Below are positions 13,921 to 27,660 of a stretch of DNA of 64,000 nucleotides, in pieces (position 1 is the first letter of the stretch; each line of letters starts with the position of its first letter). The stretch is from contig NC_058368.1 of the NCBI RefSeq assembly GCF_018350175.1, forward strand, positions 149,918,001 to 149,982,000. Reading direction: 5' to 3'. The stretch is from Felis catus. Lineage: Eukaryota. Position numbers and translations under genes: made by a program. Under the pieces are notes generated by a model. It was not told the DNA's origin, did not search any database, and saw nothing but the letters and a program-made list of their open reading frames with translations.

Positions 13921-15477
13921 GTTTCTCAGTTATTGCTGTTGTCACAGTCCCTGACTGCAATGCCCTAAACTCCTTCTGTCTGTACAAATTTCTTTTAAGT
14001 CTATCTAGCTAAATCCTGTTTCTTCTGTTACTGCCTGAGGATTCTAGCTTACTGCGATGTCTTCTTACTCATTGCACTTGCTTTGCTTCGCTGTTTTAGA
14101 CTTTAAATATAATCCATGTTGCCTTGTTGTTGGACTTTTAATATGTGATATGAACTGCCACAAAGACTTAAATTTCTTTGAAGAAGGGGTCCTGTTTTTA
14201 GACATCACCTATGATGCACACATGGTGCCTTACATCTGGCAGATAGTCTAAAAATATTTATTAGTACGTTAATAACTGTCCTGTGTGTAGAAAAAGACCT
14301 TTCTGTCAACAGGGTGTCATTACAGTGAGACAATATTCTTAGCCATTTACATTTTTAGAACTATTTTTTTGCTTTAATAGATTTTGATACCTTTCAATTG
14401 GTAAGGATTATGTTTCTTCCAGAACAAAGATAGTTTTGAAGTGAAATATAAACCTTTGGATTTATATATTAAATTAGAATATGGAATTGAAATTTAAACT
14501 TGGCTTAAACCTTGAGATGAAAAGTACAACTTAATTATGAACTGAAAAAGTGCTTATTGAGCACACTGTCTGAAGACTGGAGAATTAGAACTGCTATGTT
14601 AATTTCACTAGTTTAATAATCTCATTTTTAGAATTTGCTTGAAGAGATATTGATAAATTACAATAGCCAATCATGTATGAAAGTTTACAGACTATGAAGA
14701 TGTTTTATTTTCCCATTAAGAATCACACATTCCAAGCTTTTAAAGAGAATTATGTGAGTAGTTAAATAAGATGAGAAACTTCTATAGTCATAAAAATTAA
14801 TCAACTTATTTTTCTCTTCTAATCAATTTAAAATTTCTACCTGAATTATTTCAGTATAGCCCAAGAATAAGAGTGGGTATGATTATGAAGCTACTTTCAA
14901 GGAATCCTATAGAGATAAAAAGCAATTATAAATGTTTGGCATTTCGAGTCCTCAAAGCAACTCACCTAATATATTTTTCCCAAAACCAGATGTGATAATT
15001 TCACTATTTAATAGACTTTAGACTTCATACAAGTAAATAAATACCTTTCTCATAAAGGTTGCACCCAAGGAAAAATTATAAAGCATATGTACAGCATTAT
15101 ATCACATTTGAATAAAGTATTTGAGTTCTAAATCTTTTAAAGTATCAATACATATTTTTCTTCTAATCAATGTACTATTTTTGGCTTTTTAATTTATTTT
15201 TACTAATGTTCTCATGTTAACTGCAACCAGGATCAGAAAGAAAAAAACCCATCAGCTGACTTGATACATCACAGTTTATCCACATGGTGGAGCCATGTGG
15301 CTAGATCCTGGAGACACTGGTTTATTGTCCTCATTTTGAAATCACTCATGGTAAATCCAACCAAACAAATTTCTTGTTCCTGTATGCTGTGAGTTCCTCT
15401 GTGTTCCTCTAGTACTATTAGTCTAGTTCCTTATTATCTCTCACCGCACAGTCTTGTTCTATCCCAGTCTTCCATAG

Positions 15478-15660
15478 CAGGGGTTCTCCAACCTTGGTTG
15501 CACATCAGAATCATCTTGGAAATTTTTAAAACTCCTTAGGGTTGGGGCCCTACTTGAGGATAAATGAACAGTTATCTTTGGAGTGAGGGGTCTGAGCATT
15601 GACAAGTTTCAAGGCTCAACAGGTGATTCTGTCCTGAAAGTAAGGTTGTAAAACCAATGG
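15478..15660. mobile_element. MER5-like hAT-Charlie
   Basis: caggggttctccaacctttggttgcacatcagaatca...caggtgattct...ggttgtaaaacca. Confidence 0.7.
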
Positions 15661-16373
15661 TCCATACTGCTACTATAAATATCTTTCTAAATTATAATTT
15701 TAATCATACTATTCCTCAGTTAAAATCATTCATTGGCTCCTCATCAACTTTAGGATAAAATAAGTTCCTTAACATGGTGAACAATACTTTCACATTGCCT
15801 TTTTAGTGTCACCACCACTATCTCCTACCCCCCAACACACCAGGCTTAGGCTCATATCCCTAGCATCTAATACAGTAGAAACTAATTAATATTTATTGAA
15901 TGATTAACTGAGTAATGTGAAGTGGATTTCATCTCATTTAGGACAAAGATATTTGTTTCTGTCAAACACCTCTTAAGTGTTTGCTTAAGTTTCTGTGGCT
16001 TGGAGTGTAGAATGTGGCATGACATTAACCAACAGATATTAAATATATTCTAAGCTGACACTGTTCTGCCAACTTATTTCACTCAAAGGGAACATTTGAA
16101 AGCTTCCTTGGGAGCATGTGCTTCTGCACTGTATTTCTTTTTGATCTAAATTTTTCAACTCCAACATTTGTGTTTGAATCAACAGAGAATGAACTGTTTG
16201 CCTGTGGGTGATGATGCTCTTTAGTTATTCTTTTTAAATGAGTGGATCTTTGGACTCACCGGCTAGCCATTTAGAATCTTTGATCTTATAATAGTTCTCA
16301 CCTAGAAGTGGCACGAACCTAAGTGAACTAGGTTTCCAAGGCTGGATATTCTTGTAAAGAGGTGGATTTTAGT

Positions 16374-16904
16374 CAGGGCCACCTTATCTGTTGTGCACGG
16401 TAGGCACAGTGTCCAGTGACCACAGCGCTTTCAGAGGTGCATGAGCATGGTTTAATATACTTCACATCAGAATTAAAAATAGACTTCTAGGGGGCGCCTG
16501 GGTGGCTCAGTCGGTTGGGTGTCTGACTTCGGCTCAGATTGTGATCTCGCAGTTCGTGAGTTCAAGCCCCGCGTCCGGCTCTGTGCTGGCAGCTCAGAGC
16601 CTGGAGCCTGCTTCGGATTCAGATTCTGTGTCTCCCTCTCTCTCTGCTCCTCCCCAACTCATGCTCTGTCTCTCTGTCTCCAAAATAAATAAACATTAAA
16701 AAAAAAAAAAGAATCTGTATTTCTTAAAAAAATAAAAATAAAACTAAAAATAGACTTTTAGGTCAAAGAAAATGTTTTAATATAAAGGAGCAATATATTT
16801 GTCTCTGCCAACCCAGTGATAAATACAGTTTGTAATGATTTTTATGGAGGAAGGGGCCCAGGAAGACAAAAGTGTCTTAGGACCAAGAATGTCATATGGC
16901 CCTG
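16374..16904. mobile_element. hAT (Tip100-type, ORSL-like) non-autonomous DNA transposon interrupted by a Can-SINE
   Basis: TIRs CAGGGCCA...TGGCCCTG; 8-bp TSD ATTTTAGT / ATTTCAGA (6/8). Confidence 0.75.
16491..16745 (+). mobile_element. Can-SINE with double A-tail
   Basis: TSD AAAAATAGACTT(C/T)TAG; extra GAATCTGTATTTCTT between two A-rich tracts. Confidence 0.95.
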
Positions 16905-18558
16905 ATTTCAGAAAAGGTAAGGAAGGAGGCAACACCCCTAAAAAAAAATCTACCCCTCCAAGCCTGCCACAGGATATAAATGCTGATTGCCTACTAGGGT
17001 ATCTTAATCTTTATTTTCACGCCATCAGTATCTATTCCAGTACATTTTTTTCCCCAATCAGGAGAGGAGATAGTTGCAGGCACTCATGTCAAATAACAGA
17101 AAAATGTCCCTCTAATCATTCCCTTAACCTGCCTTTTCACTATGGCATGCACCTAGTAAGTCATTTGGCATGTAAAAGCCACTTTTTTTTTTAACAGACA
17201 CATCTTGATGTCGCTCTAATAAAAAGGTGCCAATACTAGAAATGAGTGCGAACAGTCGTCAAAATAATACAGTCCTTTTGTGTACACTCAGTTTTCAGGA
17301 GCAGTTCTGTAAAATGTGCCCTAGTGAAAGAGGTTGTCTCTGGAGTTTGCAAGTTTATGAAAATAAATGTTTTTGAAAGTGTTAATCATTGCAAACAGCT
17401 CCCATTTAGCTGAGCACCTTTGACGTCAAAATCCATGATTAGAATATGGACGGTATTTTTGTGCAATGCTAAACAAGTGGTTTTCCTTTTCGAATGTAAG
17501 TTCAAACATGCTGCTGAATCAATTAACTAGTGTTTCTGTGACATTGGATAGTCTTAATATAGTTATTTGTTAAAGATAATTAATAAACTCCACTGCCTTT
17601 ATTGGCCTTACTAGGCAATCCCTTTTTGGTGATAAGGAATACTTTAGGGTTGATGATCCTTGATAACTACAATGTGTTTAGAATACATTTCTTGGCTATA
17701 CAGAGCCTCATTTTTTTTTTTAACCTCAGTGCCATGCTCATAAATAGTAGGAAGCTCATTGCTTTGTGGGTTCTGGCTTCCTAGGTGGCATTCAAGTTGC
17801 ATACTTTCCCTGCAAAAATAAACCAGTGATATTGATAAAGTTAGTTCATAATTTGAAAGTAAAAATGGACCCATAATTGTCTAATGTCTTATTGTAGATA
17901 TTTCTTTGCTTAGTTTGTCTGGCATCTTTCCCTTCTTCTGGGATATAAACTTGATACGTATTGGGCCCATCAGACTCCTTCATAGGAACTTAAGTTAGAG
18001 GGATGAGCCCTTTTATCTCAAGTGGTGAAGATTTAAGAATCTGAGTCCAGGAGTTTCCAGTGGTGGTGATTTAGGCTTGTACCATGAATTCTAAACAGAA
18101 AAAAGGAACTGAAAAAAAAAGGAAAGAAACAGAGTCCTGAGGAAGGCATTCAAATCCTTAGTTCCAATTCCTAAGGTCCTTGAAAACCTTAGTTTTCATG
18201 GTTCCTCATCTCTGTTGTTGTTATCCAATCTACAAGGTAATCTGGTATCTTCTGAACATATCTTGTAAAAAACCCAACCTGTCCTTAACACTCTCCTTAT
18301 CCTAAGCTTCACTCTATCCATGTCTTTAAGTAGAGTATTTTAAAATATTAATTAGGGATGGAATTTCAGACATGTTAAATGGTTGAAGAATATTGAGGAT
18401 AATAGGATTTTAGGATTAAATGAGATCATTGATATCAAATATTTGATCAGGGACTGACATATGATAGTTCAATAAAAATGTTCTTTTTAATTATTAACTT
18501 TCTTGGTTACTTATACAATACATATTTTGAGAACTGTAATACTTAACACATGTGATTA

Positions 18559-18999
18559 CAGGTTTCCCCCATTATCCAAAAGTGAAGGATTCTAATGAAA
18601 ACTTTGTAAGCTGCAATGGCAGAGAGCAAAGGAACAATTACCATTAATTTGTATGGCAAGTTTCTTGAGCATCCCCAGGCCCCAAAAATAACCTTAGGCT
18701 TTTTCAGATACCTCAGGACACATCTTGCTAACAGTTGCACAAAATAAACCCAGATAAAACACAGTTGCTCACTGACAGAGTTGAAAGCTATCACTCCAGG
18801 GTAGGAGCTTGGCCATAGTGCCTGTATGATGGCTCACTGTGAAACAAACACTGAATGCTATTTTCACTTTTGGCCTTTTTTTTCTGTAAAAGTGAAACTT
18901 CTCTGCAGATTTCTTTCAGTTAGCAAAAACAGGTACCAATACAGGTATTTTGTAAAAAAGTGGCATAATGCGAACTTTCAAAAAAGCAGAGGATACCTA
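18559..18999. mobile_element. TcMar-Tigger non-autonomous element (Tigger5/6-like)
   Basis: Left end ta|CAGGTTTCCCCC, right end GAGGATACCT; internal sequence recalls Tigger5/6 MITEs. Confidence 0.75.
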
Positions 19000-19359
19000 C
19001 ATATTATTTCAGCACTCTCAGTTTCACAAGACAAAAAGCCAACGTGGGTACATTTCCTACTCAACAGCATAAGTAGCCATTCAAATAATGAAAACCTACC
19101 TAGGGTCATCCCTACCTAGAGTGTAATACTGTACAGAGTCCAGGGTGAATATTTTCTGTCTGGTTCCAGTCTATGTGACTAATCTGATTTTAAAATGTGT
19201 TACAAAATTCATAGGCCCATGTGAGTTATAGTGCTATATTGATGAAAATTTAGAATAATGATTAGGGATCTTTATGCATTTGTTTACTGTCCAATCAATG
19301 CACATGAAAATTCTGTGTGGTTATCTGCCAAGAAAGGTGAAGTCTGTGAGAGGTTACTA

Positions 19360-19660
19360 CTTGCAGTCTAACAACTTTGTTTCTATTACAAGGATTCTAG
19401 AGTCAGAGACAAAGGACTCAGTTGTTCACAGCACAGAAAACAGCATAATTGCCAGCATATTTGTGTTGGTTCTCCTTGCCAAGTCCCACAGGGTGACGCA
19501 AGGGGCCCAGGTGATACTTGCACATGAAGGGGGATGTATTACAGGAGAGGATCCAAAGGGGAGGAGGTGCAAAACTTTTTGAACAAGTTGCAAAATATTG
19601 TAGCAAGCAGTAAACCAGTCAGGTCTACCCCTCCACCACTTGTTGTAGTCACCTTGACCT
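19360..19660 (-). mobile_element. Ancient LTR fragment (family uncertain)
   Basis: cacagcacag...cagcatatttg...ccaagtcccacagggtgacgc...ttacaggagagga resembles old eutherian LTRs. Confidence 0.45.
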
Positions 19661-21338
19661 ACTAAATGTTTTTGTGACCAGTTATAGAAACTGGTCAGTA
19701 GCAGGAGTTAGACTAATTTTATAATCTGGCACAATGAGCAAGAACATGCAGGACTGCTCAAGGTCAGTGGCAGATCTCAAGGTCGGTGGCCTCTCCCAGT
19801 AGTATCTGTGGATTATCTCCTCTAGTTCAGGAACCATTTCTTCATGTCCTGCATTGTCAAATGCATCATTCCTGGCTAATTGCATATATCTCATCGACAC
19901 AAAAGGCACTAATGTTGTTACAAGGTCAAAGTTCTTTGGAACCTGCTTATATTAAAAAATATAGATCTTACCTCTTCACTTCCCTATTATCATGTTTTAA
20001 ATTCTGTTCACATAATTATTCACTCATAAATGCATCATAGTTCCTCCTGTGATTGATAACTTCTAAGGATTGTTCTCAGATATTTTCACCGAGCTTCCCT
20101 GATAATGACCACAAATATAAGCCTTACTCAGACTATGTAGGAAAATGCAAACAATTCATTTTCCACTCATATTAAATTTACCATTTAGAATTTCATAGCA
20201 TAAACATAGAACACGTCTTCCAAACATGTCTTCTCTTGAACTCTTTATGCCATCATCACTGCATTCCTAGAATATGAGTTTACTGGTAACTACCTGTCTT
20301 TCTTCCACTGCCATCAGTAGAAAGGATAGGTGAGATGTTTTGGGGGAGAAGAAAGCAAAAAAATTATCAAATATGCACAAGGAAATCATTTCAGAAGAAC
20401 ATGGCATTACCACATTGATCAAAGGCAAGAGCCAATATCAATCCAAAGTCCTTGGATAAATAAGTATGGCCACAGTCAGAGGGCTAGTACACATGGCATG
20501 GAGCCTGCAGAGGAGATGGGCAACTGTGCTAGGAGTCAGTAGCCAGGGGTTCATAGGGTAAAACACACCCTTGGATACTACACTAGAGGTGGCATTGTGG
20601 TCAGAAGAGAATTGAGTGAGATCTCATTCCCAAGCCCATGCACATAGCTCTAGCCCAGGCTTGGCAATGAATTCTCAGTAGCCCAGCCCTGAACTTACAT
20701 CTGATGAGAGAGTTAAGTGACATCTGCTGTGTAGGTGCCTTTATGGCAACCCAATGTCATCAGATTCTGCAAAAAGAAATGCTGTACTGACTAGCAGGAG
20801 TTATCCACTCAACAGGCTGCCCTCCTGGAACAGGGACTAATTCTGGGGTGCAGAAAAACCCCATCAGCATGAATCCCAGAGCTTCTATGAATATTTGGTT
20901 GATTTTACACCCTGGGAAGAGGATTGGAGCGTTCCCCAAAGTGGAGAAGAGGTGACCGGAACCATTGTAGTTCATGATTTGGATTTAGAGAACAACAAAT
21001 GGCACCACCAACTCTGTCCAGTACCAGGGACCAGAGGAGGCTTTAGGAAAGGCACACCAAAGTGTGGGGCCCTCCTGAACTGGGAATATGTAAATTTAGG
21101 CATATCCTACAGTGCACTATTTTAATGTACCTAATGCATCAATTCTAATTTTTTAAGTTTCTAAGATTTTATTCTTTATACTAGTTCTTCTTTAAAAACA
21201 TTGCACGACTAAGAATTTGATGTTCATTGATACATTTCTTTTAAAATATCAATAATTTTCTAAGAGCTTGATATAACTTATCTGTGTCAATGGGATGAGA
21301 AGTGATGTAGGGCCTGAAACTACTCTTAATACTGTTTC

Positions 21339-21562
21339 TTTTTTTTTTTAAATTTTTTAACATATATTTATTTTTAGAGACAGAGAGAGACAGAGCATGA
21401 GTGGGGGAGGGGCAGGGAGAGAAGAAGACACAGAATCTGAAGCAGGCTCCAGGCTCTGAGCTGTCAGCACAGAGCCTGATGCAGGACTCAAACCCATGAA
21501 CTGTGAGATCGTGACCTGAGCCGAAGTCAGACACTTAACTCACTGAGCCATTCATGTGCCCC
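21339..21562 (-). mobile_element. Can-SINE
   Basis: TSD TCTTAATACTGTTTC at 21324-21338 and 21564-21578. Confidence 0.96.
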
Positions 21563-21769
21563 ATCTTAATACTGTTTCAATGTTTCTCTCACTCCTGTTT
21601 AAATATACATATTAATATTTGTATTATCTACTTTTATATGGGTAGCTTAGCTGATCTGTAGTTGCTAATTAAAATAATTTTAGGCTTAATGGACAGTGTT
21701 TGCCTATAATAGAGGCCTTACCTCATTAAACCATTATAGTAACTTGGATTTTTATAAAAGTTTGCTGTG

Positions 21770-21940
21770 ATCATGTCCATTATCTTATTTGCTCCTCAAA
21801 TTAATATACACATATAATTAGCTGCTGCCTTTGACAGGTGAGGAAACTAAGGAGAGTGACTTAAGGTTGTCCAAGTTAATATATTTGATCTCTCAGCCAT
21901 GAACAGAACTAGGCTTTCTGGACTCCTCATCTGATGCTCT
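21770..21940 (-). mobile_element. MIR remnant
   Basis: ttgacaggtgaggaaactaagg...agtgactt...gaactaggctttctggactcc. Confidence 0.6.
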
Positions 21941-23656
21941 AGTGCTTATGGTAACTATCATGTGCTTTCCCCAGGCACACCTGTCATGATTAAGTTAGTA
22001 TTTATTCTGAATCTTTTCCCACTATTCTGTATGTCAAAAAAGATAACATGTCATTTTTCTTTCTTGATACCTCTATTGCTTCACGGGAATATAGTTTTAA
22101 TATTCAATAGTGAATATTAAATACATCTATTAAACATGATATATGACAAGAAATCTATATCTTGCATTCTGAATTTTACTGTTACCCAACATTCTGTTAA
22201 GCATGTCAATGCAGTGAACACAATGGATCCTCCTGCCAGTCACCTTTTAACTACCTAAATATCCCAGCTTCTCAGGTCTGCCAGCAGGAAGATCCTGCTG
22301 CATGTCAGATGTGATGCCCCCATGTCCTTTTTTCATTTGGAACAAAGCAGAAAGTATTAGTACCCTTCTATGGTTAGTTACCGATAAGCAGAACTCTGCT
22401 GCACATTTTCAAAGAAGTGATGCTGTCAGAGCCTGCCCTCAGGGTCCCAGCAGGGCTTTGTGACATTCCATAAGATCCTAGGGAACTTACAGGTTCATTA
22501 TGATCTCTTAGGTGTGCAAGCCAACTTTATACAGCTATGCGTGGTACAGCCAAGTGGGGTACAGTGAGAGTTCTGGAACTGACAAAAAATGAGCAGGCTC
22601 TTATTTATGAATCATGGGTTTCGGTCAATCTATGTGTTTAACATATGTTTGTACTCACATCAACGTATATATTTTTTTCCTAAATGAATTTCCCAAATGA
22701 AAACCATTTCATATGCTTCTTGAAATGACTTGAGACCTTGGCTTCTCTGGGATTATACTTTTACTAGTAAAATGTCCAAGGTCCTAACAAGGACTTTATG
22801 ATATCCCACGTTCATCTGCAGAGGTCAGGGGCAAGTTTAATGACTTCTGGGAACTGAAGTCAACGTTCTACACTATTCCTTTCCAGTTCTTTTTTTTCCC
22901 CCTCTCATTTTTGATGAAAAAAAATCAGTTTTAAAAACTTTATTTGCAACAACATCTAATGTATACAGAAAGAAGAGACATGGCAGGATGGCAGGCAATG
23001 GCATACATTAGAAAAAACAGATGAAAGACTTTTTTTTTTAATCCTGTTCATACACTTAAGGTCCCTTCAGAAAATGGTGGTCCTTGCCAAAATCCCCTCA
23101 GAAGATATTCTTGATAAAAGTGGTGCAACCTCAATATGTCTCATTGGCTCTGTTTCTTACTTCTACCTCATGACCACTACAAACAGTTAAGTTATATCTG
23201 AATTTATTAAAGTGTTGAAGAAAACTAAAAATAATGGAGAAAGAATTGTAAGTGAGTGTGTTAGATATGGCTTGTTCATTGTCCAACAGGGAAGCACCCA
23301 AGGATTTCCACATTTCAGTTCCCAACCTCATTTTATCCTCATATTTCTAAGAGTTTTTCCTTTGCAATCTCACCAACTAGTGTTAGAAACTCTATACCTC
23401 ATCCACAGGTTCGTTTCACTCCAGAATCTATTTACTAGACCTCACAGAAGTCTATTCTAATTGTGAATTAGAATAATCCCATGCAGGCTCAAGGACAGTT
23501 CAGATCCATCATGCACATTCCAGCTCTCAGGTCTAGAGTGAGTGTAACCTTTCCAAGCTTATCCTCTAAAAGTCTTCCAAATGGTATGAATTGTAGGTGG
23601 GCATCTTTATTCTTAATGCTCAGTGAGTAGTTGTTGAATCATACACAGAAACAGAT

Positions 23657-23683
23657 ACACACACACATGCACACAGACACACA

Positions 23684-23740
<57 letters not shown>
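23657..23740. repeat. (CA)n microsatellite with imperfect left part
   Basis: Direct inspection. Confidence 0.98.
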
Positions 23741-23742
<2 letters not shown>

Positions 23743-24189
23743 CAGAGCAAATAGTGTTCAGGGACAAGAAGGACTAAACCCATAAGGGAGAAATTTCCCT
23801 CCCTAGCATTTTCAAGGCCGCCATTATCCAAAACTCTTCTTAGTATTAATTTTTTTAATTTAATCATTTCCAATGTTGTCTCCTAAAACTACTAAGTGTA
23901 AGTAAATAACAAATTCGTATGTCAAATTCATATGGCTGCTTCCTTAGCTGTATATGACCAATTCAAAACATGGACATTATTGCTCTTAAATAATGCATCA
24001 TTTTGTGGTTGTAGGGGGGCAGATGGCAGTGAAGAGACAAGGAGCAGGAGATTTCATTTCTTCTAATTAAAAACTGAAGAAGTGAGTTGTTTTGGCTAAT
24101 GTATGTATGGGAATAATATCTGAAGTAATAAATAAAATTTGTTTTTTAGGAACATTGAAAGATAAAGATTCATTGTGTGCTTATCAGTA

Positions 24190-24507
24190 CAGTTGACCCT
24201 TGAACAATATGGGGGTTAGGAGTGCTGACCCTCCGTGTGGTGCAAAATCCACGTAGAACTTTTGACTGCAAAAACTTAACTACTGATAGTCTACTGTTGA
24301 CTAGAAACCTTACCAATAACATACATAGTTAATTATCACATATTTGTATATGTATTCTTACCATTAAGTAAGATAGAAATAAATAAAAATGTTATTAGGA
24401 AAATCACAAGGAAGAGAAAATATATTTATAGTACTGTACTTATAGAAAATATTTCAAGTATAATTGGACATGCATAGTTCAAACCCATGTTGTTCAAGGG
24501 ACAACTG
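24190..24507. mobile_element. Tigger2a/MER28-like TcMar element
   Basis: TIRs CAGTTGACCCTTGAACAA / TTGTTCAAGGGACAACTG, preceded by TA. Confidence 0.9.
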
Positions 24508-25944
24508 TGTAAGATAAGCTCTAAACATGCTGAATTTAAGCTGTGTAACTAGAACTCTTACCACAAATGGAGGAAAGGGGTGGAACCAATTACTTGTATT
24601 TTGTTAAAGGATAAAATTCTGTTTAATGATATATTACAATGTAATTACTGTAATAACAAAAAAGTAATACATTGTTTGAGACAGCAATGAATCAGAGACT
24701 GAATCTACTATATTGAAGAGTATTTTCTATTTTTTTGTGTGAACTTTCCTTTTGTAGAAATATTACCGTTTATTTAATTTTTGCCATGCAAAAACATGGA
24801 AAGACCAAGAACATTGACTAGGCAAATGCACATTGCCTAGCCAGGGCAAAAAATAAAAAGGTATAATTGTAACTCCAGATTATGTCTATTTTTCCCCTTG
24901 TAAGGGATACAAATCCCTGAAATCAGCACCAAATGAAAGCTAAATTTATATTTGGCCAGGGAGACACAAAGTTCCTTTGATATTAGGTCTCCAATTTAAC
25001 CTTTTAATAAAATGTAACATAAAATAATAACTTGGAACCTTCACCTTAACTCTTTTATTCTGGATGAAAGTCAGATACAAAGTTTGATTTTTTACTAAGC
25101 TATTTATTTTAGAAATTTATATTTCTCTTCTTTCAGTGTTTCAGTTAACTGTGTACATATTTTATCATTGATTTTGTTGCATTAATATGTTTTTATGTGG
25201 AAAAACTCTTGCCCTTTCACTGATATATATCATGACCACCTATTAATTTGAACGTTTTTCACATAAACTCTCAAATTTTAACTCTCTGGCCTGGTAGTTT
25301 ACATATTCCAAGCAGATGCTCTTTTAAATGGTTTGATCTTATTTATGGGATGGAATGATTTGGGTTTCTGTTAGAAAGTAAATCTCTCACAGACACATCT
25401 TGTAAAAATAATAACAAACTAAAATCAAATATCTATCCAAGCCTACTCCCTGTGAAATTCATCAAAGTAGTCAATTAATACATAGTAAGCACTTAAAAAG
25501 TGTATGGCATATAGTCCAAGCTCAAGAACTGCTAGCCTCAAGGACTTGTGATATCTGCCCACCCCCACCCCATAATTGTAAAATGATAACAATTTTGAAC
25601 AGTTGCAGTGGTTTTCAAGTTAAGCATTATCTGGGAGCTTCAAAAAGCCTCCGTGTTTAGGCTCCACCTCCAACCAATGAAATCAGAAATTTTGAGGGTG
25701 CGATGCAGACATCAATTCTTTTCTAACATGTTATTTTGAAAAACTGTCAGGCTTACAGAATATCCACTAGAATAGTAAATCAAGATCCATATACCCTTAC
25801 AAATTTGTTTTAGCTCTCTCTTTATGTAAGTATTAATATTTTTTATTCTTGAAACATATGAGTAACTTATTTTGAAATTATGAAATTTTGCTTCCAAATA
25901 TTTCTGCATATAACTTGAAGAACAAGAGCATTTTTTCTTTGTCC

Positions 25945-26154
25945 TTTTTTTTTTAAGTGTATTTATTTATTTTGAGAGTGAGGGAGAAGGCGAGCTCGAG
26001 TTGGAGGAGGGGGAGAGAGAGAGGGAGAGAGAGAACCCCCTGTGCGATGTCAGTGCAGAGCCTGATGCAGGGCTCCATCTCACAAACTGTTGAGATCATG
26101 ACCTGAGCTGAAATCAAGGGTCAGATGCTTAACCAACTGAGCCACCCAGGCACC
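25945..26154 (-). mobile_element. Can-SINE
   Basis: T tail, GA-rich body, gagatcatgacctgagctgaaatcaag...gccacccaggcacc. Confidence 0.93.
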
Positions 26155-26481
26155 AATGTAATGATCACATTCAGGATATTTAACAATGATAATTCATTAT
26201 TTAACATATAGTCCATATTCAAAATTCTCCACTTATCCCAATTAGATCCCAATTTTTTTTTCTTTTTAAATCAAGATCCAGTCAAAGATTTCACATTATA
26301 TTAATTTGCCTTGCTTCTTTTTTCTCTGTTAATCTAGAACAGTTCTCCAGTCTGTCACTGACCTTCCCGAAATTTGGTTTGTCCTTCAACTTGAGCTTGT
26401 ATGATGAGTCTTCATGATTAGATTAGGTTAGGCATTTTTGGCAGGAAGACTATCTGAGGGCAAACAATGTCACTTGTCCCA

Positions 26482-26708
26482 GGGTGCCTGGGTGGCTCAG
26501 TTGGTTAAGCGTCTGACTTCAGCTCAGATCATGATCTCACGTTTCGTGGTGTTCGAGCCCCATGTCCAGCTCTGTGCTGACAGCTCAGAGCCTGGAGCCT
26601 GCTTTGGACTCTGTGTTTCCCCTCTCTCTCTGCTCCTCTCCCCCCACCCCCACATTCTGTCTCTCTCTCTCTCAAAAATAAGCAAACATTAAATTTTTTT
26701 AAATATAA
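26482..26708 (+). mobile_element. Can-SINE
   Basis: 20-bp TSD AAACAATGT(C/T)ACTTGTCCCA. Confidence 0.96.
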
Positions 26709-27099
26709 AAACAATGTTACTTGTCCCATTGTTTGTGATTTTAGCTGTGATCACTTGAAGCTTTTTATAATAAAAATGTACCCTTTTTGTGATTGCTAAT
26801 ACAATGATACTTCTGGAAATTCTTAGATGAAAGAAGAATATTGAATGACTAGGTAGGAGTGGAACCACTTAAGAAACAGGCAGGACCCTCAGGACAGGAG
26901 ATTGGAACTCATGAATGTGGATGACTTTTTTCCCCTAATAGTTTAAGTTTCTCCTCATCTCACCTCAGTTTTTGTCTCTTCTTCAAATCTCACTTTCGGG
27001 TGTTTTGGAAAAAAAAATAAGTGAATCTATGCTAGAAAAAGTACTTTTCAAACTTTTTGCATTAAAATGCATGAGAATACAAAAAATCCTCTAGCATTT

Positions 27100-27660
27100 A
27101 TATTATTTTTAAAAATAGAAATCTGATCATGTGTGTATCTGAAATAGTGGTCCTCTAACATCTTTAAGGTATAGCAAAAACTCTTTGGCATGGGTAGTAG
27201 GCCTGTACTTGACTCTTACAATAGTTTCCAGTCCCCTACCATACTGAAATGCAGGCTCCAGCCCTTTGGGAATACCTCTTGTAGATACCTCTCTGGTTTG
27301 ACAAAGATTGTTGCCTTTACCTGAAATTATGTGATTTCACTTGTTTGCCTGGTGAACTTCTACCTGGCCTCCCAAATGAAGCTCCTGTATTAGCCCCCTC
27401 TTTTTTATGTGATACCCCCTTCACCAGGCAGAGCTCATTATTCTTACCTTTCTTCCCCCTCCACAACTAACCCTTCAGTAAATGTCCTTCTGTTAGGGCA
27501 TTCACACTAGGTTTATTTATTTATTTTTTTCCCATGGTGTCCTCCCCTTGAGGTTGTGAGCTTGTTGAGCAAAGACATGTTATTAATAATTTTATTTCTC
27601 TAGTTTTGAGCTCAGTGCTTTACTTATACACAGTGCTCCATAAATATCTGATGAATGAAA
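27100..27660 (+). mobile_element. L2 remnant
   Basis: aaatctgatcatgt, cctggtgaacttctac, gttgtgagcttgttgag, ataaatatctgatgaatgaa. Confidence 0.6.

Larger units (their letters stand above)
25840..26800 (-). mobile_element. Old L1 (L1MC-like) 3' fragments interrupted by two SINEs
   Basis: atatagtccatattcaaaattctcca, caagatccagtcaaagatttcacatt, tcatgattagattaggttaggcatttttggcaggaa. Confidence 0.6.
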
